A stretch of DNA of 52,565 nt from Spirochaetaceae bacterium (GTDB taxonomy: Bacteria; Spirochaetota; Spirochaetia; Treponematales; Breznakiellaceae). The stretch is from the NCBI GenBank assembly GCA_031290205.1, contig JAITNZ010000098.1, positions 1 to 52,565 on the forward strand, given 5' to 3'. This document shows positions 39,700 to 49,921 of the stretch, in pieces (the stretch's first letter is position 1; the number at the start of each line of letters is the position of its first letter). A model generated the notes under the pieces. The model searched no databases. It was not told where the DNA came from and saw nothing but the letters and a program-made list of their open reading frames with translations. The position numbers and the translations under genes were made by a program.

Positions 39700-42645
39700 A
39701 TGGTAGTAAAAAATAAAAATCCGAGACAGAACGAACGCCCTTTTCGGACTGAAGGCGAGGCTGAAAGCGCCTGTGGCGCCCTGAGGCGGCTGAGGCGGTG
39801 CAACACCGTGCTGTTGATGGCAATGGCGTTGTTGCTATGCAATGTTACGATGGCGTGCAGTGCCGATGCGAAAAAGTATGGGGATTTAGGATTGCCTGGC
39901 GATCAAGTGCCCATGATGGAGGAGGTACGGCAGGGCGTGTTGCCCAATGGATTACGCTATTATATTCTTGCCAACAGCAAGCCTGAAAACCGCGCCTATC
40001 TTACCCTTGCCGTCAATGCCGGTTCTGTTTTAGAAACAGAGGCTGAGCGGGGGCTTGCTCATTTTGTTGAGCACATGGCTTTTGAAGGGACCGAGCATTT
40101 TCAAAAAAGCGAGCTTGATGATTACCTCCGCTCGCTTGGTATGCGGTTCGGCGCGGATTTTAACGCGCATACCGGCTATGACCAAACTGTATACGGCATT
40201 GTGGTGCCGACCGAGCAGAGCGGCGCAGGCGTTAAAACTATCCCCGAAAAAGCGCTGAGCATCATTGATGATTGGACGCATACCGTTCTCTTCAAACAGG
40301 AAGATGTTGATGCGGAACGTGCTATCATCATGGAAGAATACCGCGCGCGGCTTGGCGTCAACGAACGCATGCGCCGGATGCTGCTTCCCAAGCTCTTCGC
40401 GCAATCGCAGTATGTTGATAGGCTTCCCATAGGCTTGCCCGAGGTAATAGAAAATGCTCCCCCCACATTATTAAAATCGTTTTATGATAGGTGGTATAGA
40501 GCGGATAACATGGCGATTATTTTTGTTGGTGATTTTGACGCAGACGCTTTGGAAGAAAGCCTTCTTTCATACTTTACGATGCCCAAGCCTGACACTGCTC
40601 TTGATATACCGGTCTATGATATGCCGTCGCCGCGAGCGAACACCATCGAGACGGCAATATTTACGGATCCCGAGCAAACCGCTACTCATATAGGGTTGTA
40701 TTACAAGCGGCAATTTTCACCTATAACGGATACTCTTGAAATTTTTAGAAATGATTTAATTGATGCGCTGATTGATATAATTTTAAGCGAGCGTTTTGAC
40801 GAACTCGAAGAAAATATAGATACGCCATATTTCAATGTCGGCGCGGGCAATATTCGCTATGTCAAGCGTTCGTTTCATTACTACCTGGGCGCTACCGTCC
40901 AAAGTGGTTTGCTTGAAAAATCACTGGAAGAGCTTTTAGGACAAAAAGAATCGATTGTGCGTTTCGGTTTTTTGAACAGCGAAATTGAAAGAGCCAAGAG
41001 GAAGCTGCTCTCATCGATGGAAAGGAATGCGGCGGAAAAAGAAAAAATCGAATCCGAGTCATATATTTATTCATTTACGAATAATTTTTTGTGGGGGGAA
41101 AACGTTGCCGGCGCCGATTGGAATTTGAACGCAACGCAAACCCTGCTGCCTCTTATGAGTGCGGATGATATTCACACTGCGGTGAAAAATTATTTTTCTG
41201 GTGGTGAGCTTTTGGTTTTTGTAAGCGCGAACAACAATGACGCTGATACGCTTCCCAGTGAAGAACAAATTATCAGTATAGTCAAAGCAAGCGCGAAAGC
41301 AAAAATCGAAAAACCAAAAGAAGTAGCGATAGAGAGCGAACTCCTCAAGATTGCGCCGGAGAAAGGCAGTATTGCCGGTGAATACTTTGATGCCGCTTCG
41401 GAAACTCATGCATGGCAATTAAGTAACGGCGCTACTGTGTTATTAAAAATTACCGAAAATAAAAACGATCAGATACTGCTCTCTGCGCTTGCGAGAGGCG
41501 GGAAAACCAATGTTCCCACTACAGATATTCCGTCAGCAACTCTTGTCTCTGAAATTGTAAATGCTTCCGGTTTTGGTGATTGGAATTTAAGCGATCTTAA
41601 TAAAATAATTGCCGGTAAAGAAGTATCCGTTTCGTTCAATATTTCCAGTTGGACACGGAGTGTCGATGGGAGCAGCACGGTAGCAGACTTAAAAACTTTT
41701 TTTGAATTACTCCATCTTGTATATACCGCGCCGCGTCTTGATAACAATATAGCCGAGATAGTCAAAGAACAGTATAGGACTATCCTTACCCAAAGGCGTG
41801 AAAATCCTGAAAACTATTTTAATGATGAACTGTCAAAGATTTTACACGGCAACAATCCATATTTCGTTCCGTTTGAGGTCAAAGACATCGACTTATTTAA
41901 TATTGAAACGGCGCGCCGCTTTGTGCAAAAATCTCTTAATCCCGCTGACTATACCTTTGTATTTACCGGTAATATTGATTTAGATACCATACGTCCGCTT
42001 ATAGAAACATATCTTGCTTCTATTCCGCAAAAAGAAGCGTTCAATCAATGGTCGGATGTTAAAATTAAGTTTCCTCAAAAACTCGATAAAGAGATTTTCA
42101 AGGGAAAAGAAAATAAAAGCATTGTGTTTTTAGGGCATCTGCTGGAAAAAAATTATCGGCTACAAGACAGTATCACGGCGGAAGTCCTCGGCGAATATCT
42201 TGATATTCTCCTTGTCGATGTCGCACGTCAAAAACTAGGCGGCGTCTATAGCATATCGCCGAGCGTCTCACACTCACCACTACCGCTCGATGGTATGCTT
42301 GAATCTGTCGTGTATTTTATCTGCGACCCTAAACGGGTTGACGAGCTAACAATAGCGGTCGAAAATGAATTTGCTAAAATTGCGGGGGGCAATATAAATG
42401 CTACTATGTTTACCAATGCAAAATCAGCATTAGTTAAGAGTTATGAAACATCACTCCAGAGTAATAGTTATATTTGCGGACGCTTAGCAAATTATGCGGT
42501 GATTTTTAATTTGCCGCTGGCGGAACTGTACAAGAAGGCTGACTATTATAATAGTGTTCAAGTGCAGGATATAAGCGCCATGGCACGGACGCTTCTTGGT
42601 AGCGCACTTGTCCGCGCAGTCTTGTATCCTCTGGGGGGAAAATAA
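39700..42645 (+). CDS. M16-family (pitrilysin/insulinase-like) zinc peptidase, double-length
   Basis: HFVEHMAFEGT (the HxxEH inverted zincin motif). About 980 aa, consistent with two M16 halves. GGAGA RBS 6 nt upstream. Hydrophobic signal-like VLLMAMALLLCNVTMAC. Confidence 0.85.
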   Translation: MVVKNKNPRQNERPFRTEGEAESACGALRRLRRCNTVLLMAMALLLCNVTMACSADAKKYGDLGLPGDQVPMMEEVRQGVLPNGLRYYILANSKPENRAYLTLAVNAGSVLETEAERGLAHFVEHMAFEGTEHFQKSELDDYLRSLGMRFGADFNAHTGYDQTVYGIVVPTEQSGAGVKTIPEKALSIIDDWTHTVLFKQEDVDAERAIIMEEYRARLGVNERMRRMLLPKLFAQSQYVDRLPIGLPEVIENAPPTLLKSFYDRWYRADNMAIIFVGDFDADALEESLLSYFTMPKPDTALDIPVYDMPSPRANTIETAIFTDPEQTATHIGLYYKRQFSPITDTLEIFRNDLIDALIDIILSERFDELEENIDTPYFNVGAGNIRYVKRSFHYYLGATVQSGLLEKSLEELLGQKESIVRFGFLNSEIERAKRKLLSSMERNAAEKEKIESESYIYSFTNNFLWGENVAGADWNLNATQTLLPLMSADDIHTAVKNYFSGGELLVFVSANNNDADTLPSEEQIISIVKASAKAKIEKPKEVAIESELLKIAPEKGSIAGEYFDAASETHAWQLSNGATVLLKITENKNDQILLSALARGGKTNVPTTDIPSATLVSEIVNASGFGDWNLSDLNKIIAGKEVSVSFNISSWTRSVDGSSTVADLKTFFELLHLVYTAPRLDNNIAEIVKEQYRTILTQRRENPENYFNDELSKILHGNNPYFVPFEVKDIDLFNIETARRFVQKSLNPADYTFVFTGNIDLDTIRPLIETYLASIPQKEAFNQWSDVKIKFPQKLDKEIFKGKENKSIVFLGHLLEKNYRLQDSITAEVLGEYLDILLVDVARQKLGGVYSISPSVSHSPLPLDGMLESVVYFICDPKRVDELTIAVENEFAKIAGGNINATMFTNAKSALVKSYETSLQSNSYICGRLANYAVIFNLPLAELYKKADYYNSVQVQDISAMARTLLGSALVRAVLYPLGGK

Positions 42646-43466
42646 TGTCTGTCATTACCATTTCGCGCGAACTTGCCTCGCTTGGAGATGAAATAGCGAA
42701 AGAATTAGAAAAAAGGCTCCACTATCGGTTTGTGGACAGGCATAGTATTGAAGAGCGGATAAAAAGTTATGGAATTAGCAAGATCAATTTTGATAAATAT
42801 GATGAACGCAAGCCTTCTTTCTTTGCGTCTATATCGCAGGAACGTGATGATTATCTTCATTGCTTAAAACGGGCATTGCTCGACGAAGCGCAAGGGGGTA
42901 AATGTATATTTATCGGGCGCGGCGTTTTTGCCGTGTTCAAGGGGGTGACGGGGGTGCTTCCTGTTTTTCTGGTGTCGTCGATGAATGTCCGTATTGAGCG
43001 CGTCCGCAGCTACTTTCGTTGTGATGAAAAACGGGCGAAGCAGATCATCAGTCAGAGTGATAACGACCGTGCGGGGTTTCACCGGTATTTTTTTGAAACA
43101 GAATGGAAGGACCCGGAAAATTATTCTATAACGATAAATACAAGCCGCTTAAACCTGCACTACTGCGTGGAAACAATCGCCAATCTTGCCGATACTTTAT
43201 TTGACGAACAGACGGAGCGGGACTCATCTAAAAAACTGGCGGAACTTTCTCTCGCGCAGTCGATAGTGAATCACATACGCTATGTCCGAAAGATCGGCGT
43301 TCATTTTTTAGAGGCAAGCGTTATGGGCACAACGGCAACCCTCTTCGGCGTCGCGAATTCGGCGCCCATGGTCGATGCCGCCGCCGCCGCCGCACAGGAA
43401 ATTCAGCCCATCGAAAAAGTGGTAACGGAAATCCAAATTGCGCAGGAATATTCAATCATGCCGTGA
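42645..43466 (+). CDS. Cytidylate-kinase-like family protein with a C-terminal BON-like region
   Basis: MSVITISRELASLGDEIAKELEKRLHYRFVD is typical of the Cytidylate_kin2-type family as I recall it. The start overlaps the upstream stop by 1 nt. Confidence 0.55.
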   Translation: MSVITISRELASLGDEIAKELEKRLHYRFVDRHSIEERIKSYGISKINFDKYDERKPSFFASISQERDDYLHCLKRALLDEAQGGKCIFIGRGVFAVFKGVTGVLPVFLVSSMNVRIERVRSYFRCDEKRAKQIISQSDNDRAGFHRYFFETEWKDPENYSITINTSRLNLHYCVETIANLADTLFDEQTERDSSKKLAELSLAQSIVNHIRYVRKIGVHFLEASVMGTTATLFGVANSAPMVDAAAAAAQEIQPIEKVVTEIQIAQEYSIMP

Positions 43467-43512
43467 ACTGCAAGCGAGTGTGGCGCAACGAAAGATAACA
43501 CTCCGAAATTAT

Positions 43513-43550
43513 TGTTCATTGCTCATTGCTCACTCCCCACTCCCCCCTAC
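43513..43550. repeat. Heptad-word tract (CATTGCT and CACTCCC words) at the oxidoreductase 3' end
   Basis: gttcattgctcattgctcactccccactcccccctacc. Encodes the C-terminal tail GGSGE in antisense orientation. Confidence 0.55.
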
Positions 43551-44570
43551 CGACTCAAGATACCTAATAACCGCAAGGGCATCCTCCGCGCTTGATTGGG
43601 GGGGAGGTGATTCGCTGCGAAAGCAGGCAACGGCATCACTCAGCATATTAGAAAAATAAGCGGTCTTTCCCTGCCAGCCGTCTTCGATTTTGATGAGGGA
43701 GCGAAACCCTTCTGCATACGTGCAGGGGGCACTCTGCCAGATTTCAAAAATGCCGTTCCCTATTCTGATGCGTCCCCTCGTGAGCATCATGTCTATTTCA
43801 AACACGAGCAAATCGCTTTCCGCGCCGATTTCGATGACGCATGCAATATTCTTTTGGGGGGGACGCAGGATAGCGGCGCAAAAAAACGCGGTGCCGGTAT
43901 TTTGTTTTAATGGCGCGCCGAAATGTATTTTGTGTTTGAGGGTGCCGCCTGATAAAAACTGAATGGCATCGACTAGGTGAGTGCCGTCATGCCAGAGCAC
44001 ATCGACTAAGCGGCGCGACCTTCCCATAGCGAGTGTCGCCTTTACACTGCAGAGCGCGCCAAGTGTGCCCGCATCTAACACTGATTTTGCTTTGATATAG
44101 TCTGCTGAATAACGCCGCTCGTGATTGATAATTATTTTGAGCTCTCCGCACCGAGTGAGCGCGGCAATTTTCTTTGCATCTTTCAAGGTGTTGGCGAGTG
44201 GTTTTTCACAGATAACTACGGGAATATGATGATGATGCGCCAGCTTACAATAGTGCAGGTGGCTATCAGGATGAGTGGCGATTATCAAGAGAGCGCACTT
44301 GTGTGTGCGTAGCATCACCTCCGCATCGGCATAGACATCGACGCCCCAGCGTTCGCCAAAGAGCCGCCGCCGCTCGGCATCGGTATCGCAGCCACAGACA
44401 AGTGCGCATTCAGGATTAGCCGCAATCGCCCCGCTATGCGTGCAGGGCTTTTCACGCAAACTATCATCCTGCAACAAACTAGCAATACGCCCCAGCCCTA
44501 TGATTCCAACACGAATAGAGGGAACAGGGAACGGGGAACAGGGAACAGAAAAGGTTTTATTTTGATACAT
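43530..44570 (-). CDS. Gfo/Idh/MocA-family NAD(P)-dependent oxidoreductase
   Basis: IRVGIIGLGRIASL Rossmann start. EKPLA motif (VICEKPLANTL). The first 17 aa (MYQNKTFSVPCSPFPVPS) are encoded by GGGAACA-word repeats. Confidence 0.75.
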   Translation of the reverse strand: MYQNKTFSVPCSPFPVPSIRVGIIGLGRIASLLQDDSLREKPCTHSGAIAANPECALVCGCDTDAERRRLFGERWGVDVYADAEVMLRTHKCALLIIATHPDSHLHYCKLAHHHHIPVVICEKPLANTLKDAKKIAALTRCGELKIIINHERRYSADYIKAKSVLDAGTLGALCSVKATLAMGRSRRLVDVLWHDGTHLVDAIQFLSGGTLKHKIHFGAPLKQNTGTAFFCAAILRPPQKNIACVIEIGAESDLLVFEIDMMLTRGRIRIGNGIFEIWQSAPCTYAEGFRSLIKIEDGWQGKTAYFSNMLSDAVACFRSESPPPQSSAEDALAVIRYLESVGGSGE

Positions 44571-44630
44571 CAGCGACCTTCATGTGATATTACAATAACC
44601 CGAAGTAAAATCCTACTCCCTGTTCCCTAC
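44518..44630. repeat. GGGAACA-word inverted pair flanking the oxidoreductase start and intergenic region
   Basis: gagggaacagggaacggggaacagggaacag (44518-44550) faces ctccctgttccctac (44616-44630). Confidence 0.65.
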
Positions 44631-45829
44631 ACACTAAAAACCAGCGCGCCGCTTTTAGTATCGCGTCCCTGCGGGACGGGATTATCGATGTGCAGTAATG
44701 TCCCCGATGAACATGAGGCTATGGCTTGCTTCACGCCGCTTAAGAGCGCGAGCCCCCGCTTGGAACAGGCATAGCGTCCATATTCGTTTCCCGCTTCCGT
44801 TAGGGGGAAGCAATCCGATATGATGCGGAAGGTGAGCGCATCCGTTTTTTCTACTCCCTGCTTCGTTGCTAATTTTTTCGCCAGTAGAAAACTGAGCACT
44901 GCCTTCTCTTTGGCAAGCCCTGCTGAGGCTGAAAGTTTCTGTAAGGCAGGGGGGCTGTCGTCAATGTCAAAACTAAAGTGACACCACTTCGAGCCGCGTT
45001 TCCCCCCACGCAGCGCACAGGGGGTGCTCGGCGGACAGGGCGCTTCGATCTGGAGATGCTGAGCCTCGAACGCTTCTTTGAGTGCGCTGATAAACTGAGC
45101 GCAGCGGGGGATGCCGGGTTCTACGACGAGCGCCGCGCCGTGTGCGCTCACCAGCTGCGCTATGAAAGCTGCTTGTTTTGCGGTGAATTGCGCCTGCTGC
45201 CCCGCATCCGTTTGCGGTATCTTCCAGAACGATTCGTTAAACAAATGGACGGCGCATACAAGGCGGGCGGGCGGCAGTTTGTGAGCGATACCAGTATGAT
45301 ATATATCACCATGGATAGTTTTTATTTTCCACGCGGCGCCTTCACCCGCAAAGGCGCTAAAAAGTTTCCGCCCCGCTTCGAGCGCCGCTCTATTATGGTC
45401 AAGGGCGAACAGCGTTATTTTTTGGGAACGTAATTGCGGGAACGATATCCAGAGCGCAAGGGCAAGGGTGAGCGGTCCCGCCCCCAAATCAATAATAGAT
45501 GGAGCGCGCTCATCATCAGTATCATGTAACAATGCTGAGGCTATACAATCCTGTATATCACTCGATGAAAATAGTTTACAGAGGCGGTAGACATTCCACA
45601 TTAAAAAATAACGCATATACGCGTTGAGCATGGCAGGATCGCTGAGGTAGCCCCCGTTTCTTTCGGGACGTGCTGAGGTGAGGAGCCGCGAAAGTTCCGC
45701 TATCGTGCGGGGAAGCGTTATGATAAATTTACGCGGCAGCGGATATGTTGTATCAATACAAATATTGAGGGCGGTTAATAGTTCGCATGCTTCGCCAGAG
45801 AGCGGCTTAAACAAGGCATTCATCATCAT
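44627..45829 (-). CDS. Rsm22-like SAM-dependent methyltransferase
   Basis: SAM motif I IIDLGAGPLTLALALW. C-terminal Cys cluster APCPPSTPC...WCHFSF resembles the Rsm22/COG5459 zinc-binding tail. Start trimmed to the MMM cluster (45829-45821), overlapping the upstream gene. The start is uncertain. Confidence 0.5.
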   Translation of the reverse strand: MMMNALFKPLSGEACELLTALNICIDTTYPLPRKFIITLPRTIAELSRLLTSARPERNGGYLSDPAMLNAYMRYFLMWNVYRLCKLFSSSDIQDCIASALLHDTDDERAPSIIDLGAGPLTLALALWISFPQLRSQKITLFALDHNRAALEAGRKLFSAFAGEGAAWKIKTIHGDIYHTGIAHKLPPARLVCAVHLFNESFWKIPQTDAGQQAQFTAKQAAFIAQLVSAHGAALVVEPGIPRCAQFISALKEAFEAQHLQIEAPCPPSTPCALRGGKRGSKWCHFSFDIDDSPPALQKLSASAGLAKEKAVLSFLLAKKLATKQGVEKTDALTFRIISDCFPLTEAGNEYGRYACSKRGLALLSGVKQAIASCSSGTLLHIDNPVPQGRDTKSGALVFSV

Positions 45830-46142
45830 TACCGCGCTGCTTATTGGTATAATATATCTGTAACAACTCGGAACGGAATGCTTCGATATCAGCTTTTCTA
45901 TCCTGATTACAGCCTGATAATTCTTCAAGCAGGACATCCCGCGCGCCTTCCACCGTATATTTTTTTGTATGCACAAGATATTTTATGCGAAGGAGGAGCT
46001 GCACATCCTTCGTTGAATAGAGAAACTTCCCCATGCTGTCCTTTTTTGGCTGAATCATCGGGATTTCTTTCTCCCAATACCGGATAATATGCCCCTTCTC
46101 GCCAAGGAGTTTTTCCAAATCTTTATTGGTGTATGTGTTCAT
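45807..46142 (-). CDS. MerR-family HTH protein
   Basis: YTNKDLEKLLGEKGHIIRYWEKEIPMIQPKKDSMGKFLYSTKDVQLLLRIKYLV fits the MerR HTH pattern (..RyyE..gl..P.r...g.R.Ys..dv..L..I). Start trimmed to the ATG at 46142, which forms an ATGA overlap with the der stop. Confidence 0.6.
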   Translation of the reverse strand: MNTYTNKDLEKLLGEKGHIIRYWEKEIPMIQPKKDSMGKFLYSTKDVQLLLRIKYLVHTKKYTVEGARDVLLEELSGCNQDRKADIEAFRSELLQIYYTNKQRGNDDECLV

Positions 46143-47545
46143 GTTTTCGTTCCGCGCCTTTCCTTCCTTGACGGGCATATATCAAGCTGGACGGGTATCA
46201 GCGAATAACCGGCATCTTTGCGGAGTTTATTGCAGATATACGAACCGTAGGATTCGGTAAACGCCTGCGGTCGTGATACAAACAACTTGAATATTGCAGG
46301 ATTATCAGAAACCTGTAAACCATATTTGATTTTGAAACGCGTATGCGGTCCCGAAGGCGGCGGATACTCACTCTGCCATTTTTCAAGCAGCCCGTTGAAT
46401 GTCGAAGTCTCGATCCTCCGCGTAAGCTGGCTATATATTTTTATAGTCGTGCTGAGCAGTTCGCTTACGCCGTCTCCGGTTTTTGCGCTTAGGGGGATTA
46501 TAGGCGCATACTCCATCTTGGCGAATAAAAAATGAATCCTGTCGCGCACGGCATTGAAAGTGTTTTTAACATCCCCCATTAAATCCCATTTGTTTAACAC
46601 AAAGATTACGCCGCAGCCCCTGTCGCAGGCAAGTGCGGTAATTTTTTTATCCTGTTCGGATAGCCCTTCCTCCGCGTCAATCATCAAGACGGCAACATCA
46701 CATTCATCCAGTGTTTTTATTGCGCGGTTTACCGAATAGTATTCAATGTTTTCTTCAACGCGGCTGCGCCGCCTGATACCGGCGGTATCCAACACCAGAA
46801 AGTGTTTTTCTTTCCACGTAAACGCCCCTTCGATAACATCCCGCGTGGTGCCCGGTATGTTGCTTACCAAAGAATTATCCGACGAAGTAAGCCTGTTCGA
46901 TAATGTTGATTTACCGGTATTCGGTTTGCCAAGCAGCGCGATTTTTATCGTTCGTGTCTCGACATCATCTAATTCTACTTTTGAAAAATCGAGCTTTGCA
47001 ATAATCGCGTCTGCTAACTGTCCTATATTATCACCATGCTCCGCTGATATAAGATAAATATTTTCAAAGCCGAATGATAACACATTATATGCTTCACTGA
47101 GGAGCCTCCCGCCTTCAGTTTTATTGACGACGGGAATTATTTTTTTTTGCAGGGAGCGCAGGACATTGATAAATTCTTCGTCCTCTCCGGTAATTTCACC
47201 GGCGGCAAACATTAAAATAATAATATCAGCTTGCTTTAAGGTGTCCAAACTTTTTTCGATAACAAGATCATCAATAGTATCGATAGTGCCAGACGCTCTG
47301 TTGCTCGGCGCTCTTTTTTTTTCGCGGTCGAGCTTATAGCCGCCGGTGTCAATCAAGCGGACAGGCATACCGGCAATGAATACCACCATTTCGACGGCGT
47401 CCCGCGTAACACCGGGAGTGGGGTCGGTTATCGTCCGCCGTGTATGGGCAAAGCGATTGAATAATGTTGATTTACCCACATTGGGGCGTCCGGCAAGAAC
47501 GACAGACGGCAGATTGCGATACTTTAATTCGGGTAAAAATAACAT
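46139..47545 (-). CDS. der: Ribosome-biogenesis GTPase Der (EngA)
   Basis: Two tandem G domains (GRPNVGKSTLFN...DTGG...NKTE and GKPNTGKSTLSN...DTAG...NKWD) plus a KH-like C-terminus. Confidence 0.95.
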   Translation of the reverse strand: MLFLPELKYRNLPSVVLAGRPNVGKSTLFNRFAHTRRTITDPTPGVTRDAVEMVVFIAGMPVRLIDTGGYKLDREKKRAPSNRASGTIDTIDDLVIEKSLDTLKQADIIILMFAAGEITGEDEEFINVLRSLQKKIIPVVNKTEGGRLLSEAYNVLSFGFENIYLISAEHGDNIGQLADAIIAKLDFSKVELDDVETRTIKIALLGKPNTGKSTLSNRLTSSDNSLVSNIPGTTRDVIEGAFTWKEKHFLVLDTAGIRRRSRVEENIEYYSVNRAIKTLDECDVAVLMIDAEEGLSEQDKKITALACDRGCGVIFVLNKWDLMGDVKNTFNAVRDRIHFLFAKMEYAPIIPLSAKTGDGVSELLSTTIKIYSQLTRRIETSTFNGLLEKWQSEYPPPSGPHTRFKIKYGLQVSDNPAIFKLFVSRPQAFTESYGSYICNKLRKDAGYSLIPVQLDICPSRKERRGTKT

Positions 47546-47546
47546 A

Positions 47547-48431
47547 TTATTCGATGTTCCTTAGCTGCTCTCTAATATTTTCAAGTGAGTCTTTCATATT
47601 AACAACCAACTTGCTTACCTCTAACAGCGTGCTCTTCGAACCTATCGTGTTGATTTCGCGCGCAATTTCCTGCGAAAGGAAATCGAGTTTTTTTCCCGGA
47701 CTTTTATTTCGCTTTGTTTCAGCGCGAAACTCTTTCATGTGGGCGTCCAAGCGGCTGATTTCTTCGGCTATCGTATATTTCATCAGGAGGATAGCAGTCT
47801 CGGCAAGCACGCGGTTATCGTCCACGCCGTCAATGTGTAATTCTTCAAAACGTTTTTTTATATTTTCTTTTATTGCTCCTTCAATTTGAGGAACATAAGC
47901 GGCAATCTCTTTAACAGCGTTTTCGATTGTTTCAATATGTAAAAAAATATTTTTTTCTGTATGCAAGCCCTCGCGTTCCCGTTCGACGCAAAATCTTTCA
48001 AGCGCGCTCACGAAGTGCGGTTTTATCAATTCCCATTTACTATCACAGCAGATTGATGTATCTTCGATTTCCAGCACTCCTTGTAATGCCATAAACTGGG
48101 AGAGGTTCACGCGGCTCTCAAATTGCACTGAGGAGTCCCGCGCTTCTTGCATAATGCGCTCCCCTGCCGCGATATAGGCGGCTGCCGCATTTGTATTGAC
48201 GGACACTGCAAAAGCGGGGGCGGCTTCTTTTATCTGCACATTAATTTCTACTTTACCGCGTCTGCAATAATCACTCACGAGACGGCGCAGCTCAGTTTCG
48301 TATTTTGAAAAATAACGCGGCATGGTGATAGACATTTCGAGGTAGCGGCTGTTATATCCTTTTATTTCAAGCGTGGCGGAAAAATCTTCATACTGAACTT
48401 CGAGGGCGGAAAAACCTGTCATGCTATTCAT
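47547..48431 (-). CDS. YicC/YloC-family endoribonuclease
   Basis: N-terminal MNSMTGF. C-terminal EEISRLDAH...GKKLDFLSQEIAREINTIGSKS (DUF1732-type). Start trimmed to the ATG at 48431 (AAGGGAG 8 nt upstream), overlapping the murC end. Confidence 0.85.
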   Translation of the reverse strand: MNSMTGFSALEVQYEDFSATLEIKGYNSRYLEMSITMPRYFSKYETELRRLVSDYCRRGKVEINVQIKEAAPAFAVSVNTNAAAAYIAAGERIMQEARDSSVQFESRVNLSQFMALQGVLEIEDTSICCDSKWELIKPHFVSALERFCVEREREGLHTEKNIFLHIETIENAVKEIAAYVPQIEGAIKENIKKRFEELHIDGVDDNRVLAETAILLMKYTIAEEISRLDAHMKEFRAETKRNKSPGKKLDFLSQEIAREINTIGSKSTLLEVSKLVVNMKDSLENIREQLRNIE

Positions 48432-49917
48432 TTTTTTTCTCCCTTTGTTCCCCCCCCAAAAAATCATCGTATGCGCTTTTACCAAGCTGCCAGTTATCAC
48501 CGGCGCCCATCGTTATACATATATCACCTTCCTGTAAGGTGCCTCTGAGGAACGATGCCGCATCGAGCGGCTCCTCAAAATATATAACGTTTGCGTGCTG
48601 CGCTCGCACTCTTTCAAAAAGCGTCCGCCCGTGGACGCCGCCTGAAAAGTTCTCGCGCGCCGAGGCATATATCTTGTGGAGTATCAGTATATCAGCATCG
48701 CTAAATGCCGAGGCAAATTCATCAAGCAGCGCGGCGGTTCGCGTGTAGGTATGCGACATGAAGCTTACGACTATCCTGCGACTGGGATAAAAAAGTTTTA
48801 AGCCCGCGAGGGTTGTCTTTATCGCGCTTGGATGATGTGCATAATCATCCATGAAGAGCACGCCGCCTACCTCACCTACAATTTCTGAACGCCGCTTACT
48901 CCCGCGAAATTCTTCCAGCGCCCGCGCGGCTTCAAGAGCTAGGGAATCTAGCGTTGCCGCATCCAAAGTGCCGCGTTCTTTTTTAACAAGCAAAAAGAAC
49001 AATGCTAACGCGGCGCTTGCGTTCAACACATTGTGGTCGCCCGGCACACGCAGGGTAAATGTTTGCCGGAACCCCGCAAGCGTCCAAAGAGAACGCTCGT
49101 TTTCTACAGTAGATGATAAAATTCTATAATCACCTTGCGCCGTCCGCCCATACTCCGTGTAGTGGATGTCCCCCCGCTCACCTTTGATTATTTCCGCCGC
49201 TTCCCTCGCACCCGCATCATCGGCACAGTATATGAGGCAGCCGCCTTCCGGTAGCAATCTGATATACGCAAGAAACGCATCGCGTATTGATTCATACGTC
49301 GGGAAAAAATCTTGATGGTCGCTTTCAATCGAAGTAAGTATGATGCTTGTGGGGTGGAACGACAAAAAATGATTGCGGTATTCGCAGGTTTCGGCAATAA
49401 AATATTTGTTACCAAGCGACAATGTTGAACGCCCGTTAAAGGTGCTGACGGCGCTTCCCGCAAGCACCTGCGCGGGGAGTTTTGCTTTTTTAAGGAGCGT
49501 CCCCGCGAGCGCGGTCGTCGTCGTCTTGCCATGCACTCCGGCAATGCCGGTAGCCTCGAAGAGCGCCGAATATGCGCCGAGCGCCTCAGTATATTTTAAG
49601 AGCGGCAGTCCGCGCTTCACGGCTTCCCGCACTTCGCTATTGCTCTCCGCACTGTAGGCGGCTGAATGGATGACGAGCGCGGCATCCTCTGGGATATGCG
49701 CGGCATCGAATGATTCATAATAGGGAATCCCCAACTCTTTGAGTATTGCATCGGTATAAAAAACATCGCTGGTGTCGGAGCCCGATATTTTTGCCGCCGC
49801 CGCTCCCCCCCCAAAAAAACCGTGGAGCAACTCGGCAAGAGCGCACATTCCGGTGCCTTTTATTCCAATAAAATAAACCGGTGAGCCGCTCTCGAGAATT
49901 TTTGCAAAAGCATCCAT
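48424..49917 (-). CDS. murC: UDP-N-acetylmuramate--L-alanine ligase MurC
   Basis: YFIGIKGTGMCALAELL, GVHGKTTTTAL P-loop and DDYAHHP. Length is typical. Contains the low-complexity insert GFFGGGAAAAK, encoded by a T7G8 tract. Confidence 0.93.
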   Translation of the reverse strand: MDAFAKILESGSPVYFIGIKGTGMCALAELLHGFFGGGAAAAKISGSDTSDVFYTDAILKELGIPYYESFDAAHIPEDAALVIHSAAYSAESNSEVREAVKRGLPLLKYTEALGAYSALFEATGIAGVHGKTTTTALAGTLLKKAKLPAQVLAGSAVSTFNGRSTLSLGNKYFIAETCEYRNHFLSFHPTSIILTSIESDHQDFFPTYESIRDAFLAYIRLLPEGGCLIYCADDAGAREAAEIIKGERGDIHYTEYGRTAQGDYRILSSTVENERSLWTLAGFRQTFTLRVPGDHNVLNASAALALFFLLVKKERGTLDAATLDSLALEAARALEEFRGSKRRSEIVGEVGGVLFMDDYAHHPSAIKTTLAGLKLFYPSRRIVVSFMSHTYTRTAALLDEFASAFSDADILILHKIYASARENFSGGVHGRTLFERVRAQHANVIYFEEPLDAASFLRGTLQEGDICITMGAGDNWQLGKSAYDDFLGGEQREKKNE

Positions 49918-49921
49918 GGTT

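Noticed and set aside
49805-49819. C8A7 tract in the murC 5' region and C8/A-run at 48450-48463 in the murC 3' tail as phase-variation switches
   Set aside because: murC is essential, so an on/off frameshift switch is implausible. The 3' tract would only alter the last ~10 residues. These runs mainly show that 8-mers of G/C are common here, which tempers the G13 finding.
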